Assembly: GCA_035635635.1 (NCBI GenBank)
Contig: DASQAS010000108.1
Location: 42,843-106,842 of the forward strand
DNA from: Myxococcales bacterium
Lineage (GTDB): Bacteria > Myxococcota > Myxococcia > Myxococcales > 40CM-4-68-19
Reading direction: 5' to 3'
Length of the DNA: 64,000 nt
Positions 57,002-64,000 of the stretch are shown here, one piece after another; positions within the stretch are counted from its first letter, which is position 1, and each line of letters starts with the position of its first letter. The notes beneath the pieces are model-generated. The model worked only from the letters and a program-made list of their open reading frames with translations, searched no databases and was not told the DNA's origin. Made by a program: the position numbers and the translations under genes.

Positions 57002-58180
57002 GTGTTGCGTATTTTCCTCGACGGCGACCCGATCGATGCAGCTCCAGGGGACACCGTAGCGGCGGCGCTGCTGCGCGCCGGCGTCACCACCTTCACCCGC
57101 TCGATCAAGTACCACCGCCCGCGCGGTCCCTTCTGCCTGGCCGGCTCCTGCGGCCAATGCCTGATGCGCGTGGACGGCGTCCCCAGCCTGCCGGCTTGCC
57201 GCGTGCCCACCGCCGACGGCATGCGCTGCGAGCGCCAGAACGCGCCGCTCGGGGTGGAGCGCGACCTGTTCCGCGCCGCTGATTTCCTCTTCCACGAAGG
57301 CCTCGACCACCACCACCTCTTGACCGGCTCACGTCTGCTCGGGCGCGTCGCGCTGGAGATCGCGCGGCGGCTGGCGGGCCTGGGCGAGCTGCCCGACGCG
57401 GTCCGTCCGCGGCTCGCGGGAGAGCTGCGGTTCGCGAAGCTGGTGATCGTCGGCGCGGGACCGGCCGGGCTCGCCGCGGCGCGCGCATCGGGCGCGGGTA
57501 CGGTCGTGCTCGAGCGCGAGGCGCGCGCGGGAGGCGCCGCGCTGCTCTTCGGCCAACCGGTGGATGCCGACGTCGGAGCCGGGGAGCTGATGCTCCAGAC
57601 GGAATGCGCCGGTCTCTACGCCAACGACACCAACCTCCAGGGCAACGCGCTCCTGGCCGTTCGACAGCGGGATCGCGTGCTGGCGCTCCTGGCGGAGCGC
57701 GTGATCGTGGCGACGGGCGGCGTCTCGCAGCCGCTCACCTTTCCCGGGATGGATCGGCCCGGCGTCTACGCGGCGCGCGGTCTGCTCGGTCTCTCCGTGA
57801 TGGTGGGCCGGAAGCTCGCTGTGGTCGGCGAAGGCGAGGAGCAGCGCCGCTGCGCCGAGGCGCTCAGCCGCCGCGGCTACGAGATCGCGCTGGTCTCGGG
57901 CGTCCCGCGGCGCGCGCTGGGCAATCCGGTCAAGGCGCTGGACGCGGCGGACGGAACGCGCATCCGCTGCGACGCGGTGGCCATCGCGCTGCCGCCCGCG
58001 CCGCTGCACGAGCTGGCCAGCTCAGTCGGAGCGCAGGCCCACTTCGACGGCAACGGTTTTCCGGTCCAGACCGACGAGGAAGGGCGGACCAGCGTTCCCT
58101 GGCTCTTCGCGGCGGGCACCGTGGCCAATCAGCCGGGCGCGGCTTCGGGCGAGATCGCGGGGAGGGCCGCGTGGCGCTGA
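57002..58180 (+). CDS. Fused [2Fe-2S] (Fer2_4, SoxA/HcnA-like) and FAD/NAD(P) pyridine-nucleotide oxidoreductase (HcnB-like)
   Basis: 'LRIFLDGDPIDAAPGDTVAAALLRAG...RPRGPFCLAGSCGQCLMRVDG...PACR', then 'LVIVGAGPAGLAAA' and 'LFAAGTVA'. Start is GTG at 57002, or alternatively TTG at 56981. Confidence 0.75.
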   Translation: MLRIFLDGDPIDAAPGDTVAAALLRAGVTTFTRSIKYHRPRGPFCLAGSCGQCLMRVDGVPSLPACRVPTADGMRCERQNAPLGVERDLFRAADFLFHEGLDHHHLLTGSRLLGRVALEIARRLAGLGELPDAVRPRLAGELRFAKLVIVGAGPAGLAAARASGAGTVVLEREARAGGAALLFGQPVDADVGAGELMLQTECAGLYANDTNLQGNALLAVRQRDRVLALLAERVIVATGGVSQPLTFPGMDRPGVYAARGLLGLSVMVGRKLAVVGEGEEQRRCAEALSRRGYEIALVSGVPRRALGNPVKALDAADGTRIRCDAVAIALPPAPLHELASSVGAQAHFDGNGFPVQTDEEGRTSVPWLFAAGTVANQPGAASGEIAGRAAWR

Positions 58181-59670
58181 GCGAGAAGGCGATCGTCTGC
58201 GCCTGCGAGGACGTCAGCGTCCACGAGATCGACCTCGCCATCGCGCACGGATTCGCCGACATCGAGAGCCTCAAGCGGTACACCGGGCTCGGCACGGGGC
58301 CCTGCCAGGGGAAGAGCTGCGAGGTGTCCGCCATGCGCATCTGCGCCCAGCGCAAGGCGGTGCCGCCCGAGGCGCAGGTGCCGTTCCGCGCCCGTCCTCC
58401 GCTGCAGCCGACGCCGATCGCCGCGTACGCCGGGCTGCCGGACGCGGTGATCGGGTCGCGCGTTTCCACGCCGGGACTGCGACCCACCTGGGGCAAGGGA
58501 GCGCATCCCTTGCAGCCGCGGACGCCGCTGCCCGAGCGGGCGGACGTGGTGATCATCGGCGGCGGGATCATGGGTCTTGCGCTGGCCTGGAGCCTGGCGG
58601 GCCTGCACGCGGGGCGCATCCTGGTGCTCGAGCGCGGTTATCTCTGCGAAGGGGCCTCGGGGCGGAACGGCGGCGGCGTGCGCGCGCAGTGGACGACTCC
58701 GACCCTGATCGAGCTGGCGAAGGAGTCGATCGAGTTCATGGGCCGCTTCGCCCAGGAGCTCGGGATCAACGTCTGGCTGCGCAAGGGCGGATATCTCTTC
58801 CTCGCGCACGACGACGAGACGGTGCGCCGGATCGAGTACGGCGCCGAGCTGCAGAAGCGCCACGGCCTCCCCACCCGGGTGATCGGGCCGGAGGAGGCAG
58901 GCGGGATCGTCCCCCAGCTCGACACGTCGAAGTTCATCGCCGCCTCCTGGAATCCCGAGGACGGCGTGGTTTTCCCCTGGCCGTTCCTCTGGGGTTACGC
59001 CGACGGTGCCCGCAAGCGCGGCGCGCAGGTCGAGACCTTCACGCGCTGCACCGGGATCGAAGTGAGCGACGGGCGTGTCCGCGCCGTGGAGACGGACCGC
59101 GGGCGCGTGGCGGCGGACCGGGTGGTGATCGCGGCGGGCGCCTGGAGCCCCACCGTGGCGAGGCTCGCGGGAGTCGCGCTGCCCAACGTTCCGTTCCGCC
59201 ACGAGATCGTCTCCAGCGAGCCGTTGAAACCCTTCCTCGGGCCGCTGGTGTCGATGCTCGGAACCGGCCTCTACTTCTCGCAGTCGATGCGCGGCGAGAT
59301 CGTCGGCGGGATGGGCGACCCGGAGGAGCCGCCGGGACTGAACCAGGCCTCCTCGCTGCGCTTCATGACCCGGTACAGCCGCGCGCTCGGCGATCTCGTG
59401 CCGCAGCTCGGCGCGGTCAAGCTGCTGCGGCAATGGGCGGGCTGCTACGACGTGACCCCGGATCACTCCCCCGTCCTGGGCGAGACGCCGGGCGTCGCCG
59501 GCCTCTTGCAGATGAGCGGCTTCGTCGGCCACGGGTTCATGATGGCGCCGGCGGTCGCGCGCCGGATGGCGGAGTGGATGGGCGGCGCTCAGGACGAGAT
59601 CTTCGAGCGGTACAACGTGCGCCGGTTCGCGGAAGGGCGGCTGATCCAGGAGACGTTCATCATCGGTTAG
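58171..59670 (+). CDS. BFD-like [2Fe-2S] domain fused to a FAD-dependent oxidoreductase (DAO; SoxB/HcnC-like)
   Basis: N-terminal 'IVCACEDVSVHEIDLAIAHGFADIESLKRYTGLGTGPCQGKSC'. Then 'VVIIGGGIMGLALAWSLA', 'GASGRNGGGVRAQW' and 'GFVGHGFMMAPAVA'. GTG at 58171 overlaps the previous gene by 10 nt. Confidence 0.75.
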   Translation: MALSEKAIVCACEDVSVHEIDLAIAHGFADIESLKRYTGLGTGPCQGKSCEVSAMRICAQRKAVPPEAQVPFRARPPLQPTPIAAYAGLPDAVIGSRVSTPGLRPTWGKGAHPLQPRTPLPERADVVIIGGGIMGLALAWSLAGLHAGRILVLERGYLCEGASGRNGGGVRAQWTTPTLIELAKESIEFMGRFAQELGINVWLRKGGYLFLAHDDETVRRIEYGAELQKRHGLPTRVIGPEEAGGIVPQLDTSKFIAASWNPEDGVVFPWPFLWGYADGARKRGAQVETFTRCTGIEVSDGRVRAVETDRGRVAADRVVIAAGAWSPTVARLAGVALPNVPFRHEIVSSEPLKPFLGPLVSMLGTGLYFSQSMRGEIVGGMGDPEEPPGLNQASSLRFMTRYSRALGDLVPQLGAVKLLRQWAGCYDVTPDHSPVLGETPGVAGLLQMSGFVGHGFMMAPAVARRMAEWMGGAQDEIFERYNVRRFAEGRLIQETFIIG

Positions 59671-59760
59671 CCGCTGCGGCCGAAGGCCGCTTGCGGCTAC
59701 GCGGTTGCGACACTGCGCCTACGCCTTTCTGCGTGTTCCCGAAGGCGGGAACACCGGCGC
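59668..59760 (+). repeat. REP-like composite hairpin element, copy 4
   Basis: TAGCCGC-T-GCGGCC-GAA-GGCCGC-TT-GCGGCTA followed by CGCGGTTGCGACACTGCGCCTACGCCTTTC and a second hairpin GTGTTCCCG-AAGG-CGGGAACAC (59733-59754). The first three nt are the stop codon of the DAO gene. Confidence 0.8.
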
Positions 59761-59813
59761 GGAACAGAGGCAGCCTCGCGACTCTGCTTGAAGATGTGTG
59801 CTAGTCCGGTCCC

Positions 59814-60641
59814 ATGAGCACGGAAAAGAAGCTCGGGTTCATCGGCGCCGGCAACATTGGGGAAGCGCTTTTCAAGGGTCTGCTGAAGACCAAAGCCGCC
59901 CGCCCAGAGCAGATCTTCGTCAGCGCCCGCCGCCCCGAGCGCGTGCAGGAGCTGATCAAAGCCTACGGCGTCCGCGCCGGCAAGAACCCCGAGGTGGCCC
60001 GCGAGAGCGACGTGGTGGTGCTCTGCGTGAAGCCGCAGATCCTCGACCAGGTCCTCCGCGAGATCTCCCCCGATCTCTCCCGCGAGAAGCTGGTCATCAG
60101 CGTGGCGGCGGGCGTTCCCATCGCGGCCATCGAGCGCCGCCTGCACCCGCCCATGCGCATCGTCCGCGCCATGCCCAACACGCCGGCCACCGTGGGCGCC
60201 GGGGCCACGGCGCTCGCCCTGGGCGAGCACGCCACCGACGCCGACCTGGCCACCGCCAGGACCATCTTCGACAGCGTAGGCCTGAGCGTCGTCTTGGAAG
60301 AGTCGCAGCTCGACGCCGTCACCGGCCTGTCCGGCAGCGGTCCGGCGTACCTGTTCCTGATCATCGAGGCGCTGGCCGACGCGGGCGTGAAGGTCGGGCT
60401 CTCCCGGCGCGCCTCGCTGCAGCTCGCGGCCCAGACCGTCCTCGGCAGCGCGAAGCTGTTGATCGAGAGCGGCCAGCACCCGGGCATGCTCAAGGACGGG
60501 GTCACCAGCCCGGGCGGGACCGCCATTGCCGGCCTGCACACGCTGGAGGCCGGCGGGCTGCGCAACGTGCTGATGAACGCCGTCGAGGCCGCGACACGAC
60601 GGTCGCGCGAGCTGGGCGAGGAGTTCCTCCGCAAGCTATGA
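59814..60641 (+). CDS. proC: Pyrroline-5-carboxylate reductase
   Basis: 'LGFIGAGNIGEAL', 'VRAMPNTPA' and 'VTSPGGTAIAGL'. 275 aa. Confidence 0.95.
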   Translation: MSTEKKLGFIGAGNIGEALFKGLLKTKAARPEQIFVSARRPERVQELIKAYGVRAGKNPEVARESDVVVLCVKPQILDQVLREISPDLSREKLVISVAAGVPIAAIERRLHPPMRIVRAMPNTPATVGAGATALALGEHATDADLATARTIFDSVGLSVVLEESQLDAVTGLSGSGPAYLFLIIEALADAGVKVGLSRRASLQLAAQTVLGSAKLLIESGQHPGMLKDGVTSPGGTAIAGLHTLEAGGLRNVLMNAVEAATRRSRELGEEFLRKL

Positions 60642-60648
60642 GCGAGCC

Positions 60649-61026
60649 ATGGACCTTCCCGGCATGAAGCTCGCGCCCAAGGGCGCCTCGAAGCAGTCGC
60701 TGGATGCCATCCCCGGCCTGCCCGCGGACCTGCGCGCATTCCTCGAGCAGCACGACGGTGGCCGCGGCAAGGTGGGAAACCGCCCGCTGATCCTCTGGGG
60801 CGCGGAGCAGATCGCCAGCGAAGCGCAGTCGCTGGAGGTCTCGCTCTCCACGCCCGGCCTGCTGCTCTTCGGGACGGACGGCGGCGCGGAAGGATACGGG
60901 TACCTCTCGCGGCTGCGAGACCAGCGCTACGGCCGCATTCCGCTGATCGCCGCCGGAGCCCACGAGTTCGAGGCTCTGGGCGCCACGCTCAACGAGCTCT
61001 TGCAAGCCCTCCAGGAGGGCCGCTGA
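60649..61026 (+). CDS. SMI1/KNR4 (SUKH-1)-like protein
   Basis: '[15 protein letters not shown]', 'LILWGAEQI' and '[15 protein letters not shown]' fit the SMI1_KNR4 pattern. 125 aa. Its 3' end overlaps the convergent CoA-transferase by 38 nt. Confidence 0.5.
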   Translation: MDLPGMKLAPKGASKQSLDAIPGLPADLRAFLEQHDGGRGKVGNRPLILWGAEQIASEAQSLEVSLSTPGLLLFGTDGGAEGYGYLSRLRDQRYGRIPLIAAGAHEFEALGATLNELLQALQEGR

Positions 61027-63019
61027 CGGGGGCCACCCCGGCCTCGCCGATCTTCGCCAGGTATGTGCGCGCCTCGAGCGAGCTCTCGTAGATGTGCGGC
61101 GCGACGCCGCGCCCCGCCAGCGCCTCGCCCAGCTTGAGGCGGAGGAAGCCGTTGGTGGAGTACCGCGTCACGTGCGAGTAGCGCTCCTTCATCAGCGCGC
61201 CCACCATCGCGGTGTACGCGTCGATCAGCTCGGGGAGGATGCTGAAACCCTCGTAGTTGACGATGGCCGGCACCTTGCGCCCCAGGGGCGAGAGGAGCTG
61301 GTCGATTGTCGCGTAGACGCGATCGATCTGCCCGCGGCTGGTGATCGAGAGCCCGCTCAGGTTGACGAAGAAGAGATCCTGCTTCGGGTCGTAGACGAGG
61401 CGCTGCTCGAGCGGGACCTGGAGGATGTCGTCGCGCAGGCCCATCGGACCGGGCCGGAAGATGCGCGCGTCCATCGGCCGCGGGGTGCCGGAGACCAATG
61501 GCGTGAAGCTCATCTGGGCGAGGATGTGGTTCTGCAGATCGACGCCGGGCGCGATCTCGACCAACTCCAGACCCTCCGGCCGGAGGCGGAAGACGCACCG
61601 CTCGGTGACGTAGAGCACCGGCTTGTTCTTCCGCAGCGCCTGCTCGGCGCTGAACGTGAGGTGCTCCACCTTGTCCAGGAACTTCCGTTCCGTTCCCTCG
61701 CGAACGATGTGCAGCCGGCCGTCCTCGATCTTCACTTCCAGGCTGCAGGCGGTGAACGACCCCACGAACACGACCTTCTTCGCGTTCTGGCTGATGTTGA
61801 TGAACCCGCCCGCGCCGGCGAGCCGCGGGCCGAACTTGCTCACGTTCAGGTTGCCCTGCCGGTCGGCCTGGGCGAGCCCGAGGAACGCGACGTCCAGACC
61901 GCCGCCGTCGTAGAGGTCGAACTGGTAGGGCTGGTCGATCAGCGCGTCGAGGTTGGTCCCGGCCCCGAAGCTCAGCCCGCCGGCTGGCATCCCGCCGATC
62001 ACGCCGGGCTCGGTGGTCAGCGTCATTAGATCCAGGATGTGCTCCTCGTTCGCCACCGCCGCCACGCCCTCCGGCATGCCGATGCCCAGGTTCACCAGGC
62101 TGTTCGGCGTCAGCTCGAACGCCGCGCGGCGCGAGATGACCTTGCGCGCGCTCATCTCCATCGCCGGGATGCCCGCCATCTGCACCCGCAGCTCTCCGGA
62201 GAACGCCGGGTCGTAGCCGACCCCGAACGTTTGCTGGTGGTGCTCGGGGCGGTCCGCCATCACCACGCAGTCCACCAGCACGCCGGGGATCTTCACCTGG
62301 CGCGGATTCAGCCCGTGCCGGTCGGCGATCCTCTCCACCTGGACGATCACGATCCCGCCCGAGTTGTGGGCGGCGGTCGCGATCGAGAGGCCCTCCAAGG
62401 TCAGGGCTTCCTTCTCCATCGTGACGTTGCCATCCGGGTCGGCGGTGGTTCCGCGCAGGATGGCCACCTGGATGGGCAGCGCCTTGTAGAAGAGGTACTC
62501 GCGCCCGTGGATCTGCATCAGCTCGACGAACTCCTCGGTCGAGCGCTCGTTGAGCTTCCCACCGCCGTTGCGCGGGTCGACGAAGGTGCCCAGGCCGACG
62601 TGCGAGAGGTACCCGGGATTGCCGGCGGCGATCTCGCGATACAGGTGGCAGATGACGCCCTGCGGGAGGTTGTAGCCTTCGATCTTTCCCGCGTGCAGCA
62701 GCTTCTGGAGCTTGGGCGCGAGGCCCCAGTGGCCCCCGATGACCCGCTTGACCAATCCCTCGTGCGCGAAGTGATTGAGGCCGCGGTCCTTTCCGTCTCC
62801 CTGACCGGCCGCGTAGAGCAGGGTGAGATCGCGCGGGCCTCCGGTGGTGAGGAACCTCTGCTCCAGCGCGATCGCGATGCCCTCGGCGAAGCCGGTGCCG
62901 CAGAACCCGCCGGTGGCGACCGTGTCCCGGTCGCGGATCAGCCGGACCGCGTCGGCTGCGGAGACGACCTTGCCGGTGGCCGGACCATGCCCCTTGGAAA
63001 CTTGCGGATCGACGCGCAT
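60989..63019 (-). CDS. Acyl-CoA:acetate/3-ketoacid CoA-transferase (fused family-I type) with a C-terminal extension
   Basis: '[17 protein letters not shown]', 'GYNLPQGV' and a putative catalytic-Glu region '[15 protein letters not shown]'. An extra tail of about 150 aa has no assigned domain. Confidence 0.75.
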   Translation of the reverse strand: MRVDPQVSKGHGPATGKVVSAADAVRLIRDRDTVATGGFCGTGFAEGIAIALEQRFLTTGGPRDLTLLYAAGQGDGKDRGLNHFAHEGLVKRVIGGHWGLAPKLQKLLHAGKIEGYNLPQGVICHLYREIAAGNPGYLSHVGLGTFVDPRNGGGKLNERSTEEFVELMQIHGREYLFYKALPIQVAILRGTTADPDGNVTMEKEALTLEGLSIATAAHNSGGIVIVQVERIADRHGLNPRQVKIPGVLVDCVVMADRPEHHQQTFGVGYDPAFSGELRVQMAGIPAMEMSARKVISRRAAFELTPNSLVNLGIGMPEGVAAVANEEHILDLMTLTTEPGVIGGMPAGGLSFGAGTNLDALIDQPYQFDLYDGGGLDVAFLGLAQADRQGNLNVSKFGPRLAGAGGFINISQNAKKVVFVGSFTACSLEVKIEDGRLHIVREGTERKFLDKVEHLTFSAEQALRKNKPVLYVTERCVFRLRPEGLELVEIAPGVDLQNHILAQMSFTPLVSGTPRPMDARIFRPGPMGLRDDILQVPLEQRLVYDPKQDLFFVNLSGLSITSRGQIDRVYATIDQLLSPLGRKVPAIVNYEGFSILPELIDAYTAMVGALMKERYSHVTRYSTNGFLRLKLGEALAGRGVAPHIYESSLEARTYLAKIGEAGVAPVSGPPGGLARAR

Positions 63020-63076
63020 GGCGAAGCCTCTACGCCCGGGTCGCGCGGGAGGGCAAGGCGGGACCGAGGCCCTGTG

Positions 63077-63094
63077 GCTCGCCCCGGGGCGAGT
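63077..63094. terminator. GC palindrome between convergently ordered minus-strand genes (terminator-like)
   Basis: GCTCGCCCCGGGGCGAG is identical to the core of the hairpin after aspS (31222-31238). It lies 20 nt downstream of the peroxiredoxin-like gene stop. Confidence 0.35.
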
Positions 63095-63113
63095 TCAGTA
63101 TTCAACAATCGGT

Positions 63114-63662
63114 TCAACCGGCTGAACCGACCGCCTGAGCTTTCCGCAGTGCTTCCAGCAGCTTCCCGGGGCTTGGTTGATCTCCCGGCCCGAAGCCGAC
63201 GTACCGGTACGTCACTTTCCCCGATGGCGCTACCACGAGCGCGCCCCCCTGCTGCCAGGGATCCCCCGCCACCCGCCCTTGCCGGAATCCATGGAGGTTC
63301 GCCCGGACGAAGCGCGCGAGCGAAGCCGGATTGAACAGCGTCAGCACGACCGACCGCTTGAACCCGGCCAGGTCGTACGCTTTCCGGGAGGGATCGGTCA
63401 GCACCTGCACGCCGGGCGGGAACCCCACGTGCTCAGCCCAGGACTTCGCCGCCGCCGGCCAGCCGTTCCCCACGACCGCGAGCTTCCCGCCGCTCCGTTC
63501 GAACTCCTCCGCGTGCGGCCGCAACTCGGCCGCTTGCTCACGGCAGAGCGCTCACCCGTAATGTCGGACGAACACCAGGACCGCCGGCTTGTCCCGCCAG
63601 ACATCCCCGAGGCGCAGATCGCGCCCCTCGGTGTCCTTCACCACGGCGTCCGCAAGTTCCAC
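63114..63662 (-). CDS. Peroxiredoxin-like (AhpC/TSA_2, PRXL2/SelU-type) protein with an in-frame TGA at codon 37; candidate selenoprotein (alternatively a nonsense pseudogene)
   Basis: GTG at 63662 lies 4 nt after AGGAGAGG. The frame reads '...PAVLVFVRHYG[TGA]ALCREQAAEL...' and continues in frame into the track ORF 63114..63524. C-terminal 'GDPWQQGGALVVAPSGKVTYRYVGFGPGDQPS' is typical of the family. Total 182 codons. Confidence 0.6.
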
Positions 63663-63672
63663 GCCGCCTCTC

Positions 63673-64000
63673 CTAGAAATCGTCCGGCTGGAAGGCCTCG
63701 TGCCCGGCCCCGATGTCGTACGAGAGCATCTGCTCGTTCTCGACGATCTTCGCCTTCTTCCGCAGGACCTCGATCCACTTCGCGTAGAGCTCGCCCTGCT
63801 TCTGCCCGATCAAGCGGTCGCGCGCGGACTTCATCTCGTTGGCGTCCAGCTTGGACAAATCCGCCCGCTCGCGCGACTTCAGCTTGAACAGGTACCAGCT
63901 GTCGCCCTCCTCGATGGGCGCCTGCGGGACCGCTCCAACCTGGGTCTGCGCGAACACCGCCGCCGACAGCTTGGAGGCCTGCCCGATGCCCGGGACGTCG
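63673..64000 (-). CDS. C-terminal part of a probable PpiC/SurA-type peptidyl-prolyl isomerase/chaperone (partial, continues past the window end)
   Basis: The frame is open to the window edge. '...DSWYLFKLKSRERADLSKLDANEMKSARDRLIGQKQGELYAKWIEVLRKKAKIVENE' resembles the C-terminal helices of parvulin-type chaperones. Its TAG stop overlaps the RBS of the next gene. Confidence 0.35.
   Translation of the reverse strand, partial: DVPGIGQASKLSAAVFAQTQVGAVPQAPIEEGDSWYLFKLKSRERADLSKLDANEMKSARDRLIGQKQGELYAKWIEVLRKKAKIVENEQMLSYDIGAGHEAFQPDDF

Noticed and set aside
57604-58170. N-terminal 189 codons of the 688-aa track ORF 57604..59670.
   Set aside because: This is an Arg-rich shadow frame overlapping the HcnB-like gene. 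The real protein starts at the BFD-like domain (GTG at 58171).

Overview
This is a very GC-rich bacterial chromosomal segment with strong GC3 bias. It is densely coded (about 60 genes) and mostly housekeeping. Several domain families point to a Myxococcota-type genome: DUF4388, an AgmX/PglI-like C-terminal domain, a Cys-rich repeat lipoprotein, FHA-coupled Tad-like secretion genes and many GGDEF proteins. That assignment is inference only.

Gene content, left to right:
- purA and a thiolase.
- An alpha-glucan cluster (DUF4912, GH57 branching enzyme, GT4, debranching enzyme), interrupted by transposase debris and an FMN reductase.
- A MoxR ATPase, a HAMP-GAF-GGDEF cyclase, SpoIID and envelope glycosyltransferases.
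- queA-tgt-(DUF4388)-yajC-secD-secF-nitrilase.
- A FAD oxidoreductase and a YHS protein, then aspS.
- A four-gene FAD-oxidase/Fe-S/lipid-kinase operon.
- On the minus strand, one long block: glyQ-glyS, two paralogous lipoproteins, an FHA protein, a prepilin peptidase, a secretin, an FHA-CpaF ATPase, polA and a Cys-rich lipoprotein.
- DivIVA coupled to a GAF-GGDEF gene, then maf-yggS.
- An ALDH plus two-gene flavoprotein dehydrogenase module, proC, a CoA-transferase, a peroxiredoxin-like gene and a partial PPIase.

I recognised no rRNA, tRNA or CRISPR array.

The most interesting signals are:
1. An in-frame TGA sits exactly at the first Cys of a CxxC motif in a PRXL2/SelU-type gene, with a downstream hairpin. 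This is a candidate selenoprotein.
2. A partial Tad/'Kil'-like secretion locus with two FHA modules and two large lipoproteins is embedded between glyQS and polA.
3. A REP-like double-hairpin repeat family has four copies, each beginning on the TAG stop codon of a gene. An IS200-like/RAYT tyrosine transposase lies elsewhere in the window.
4. The yggS-proC linkage is split by a dehydrogenase module carrying REP copies after its first and last genes.

All coordinates were derived by hand from the sequence and the ORF track. Start codons are often ambiguous, and many long track ORFs are GC-driven shadow frames.
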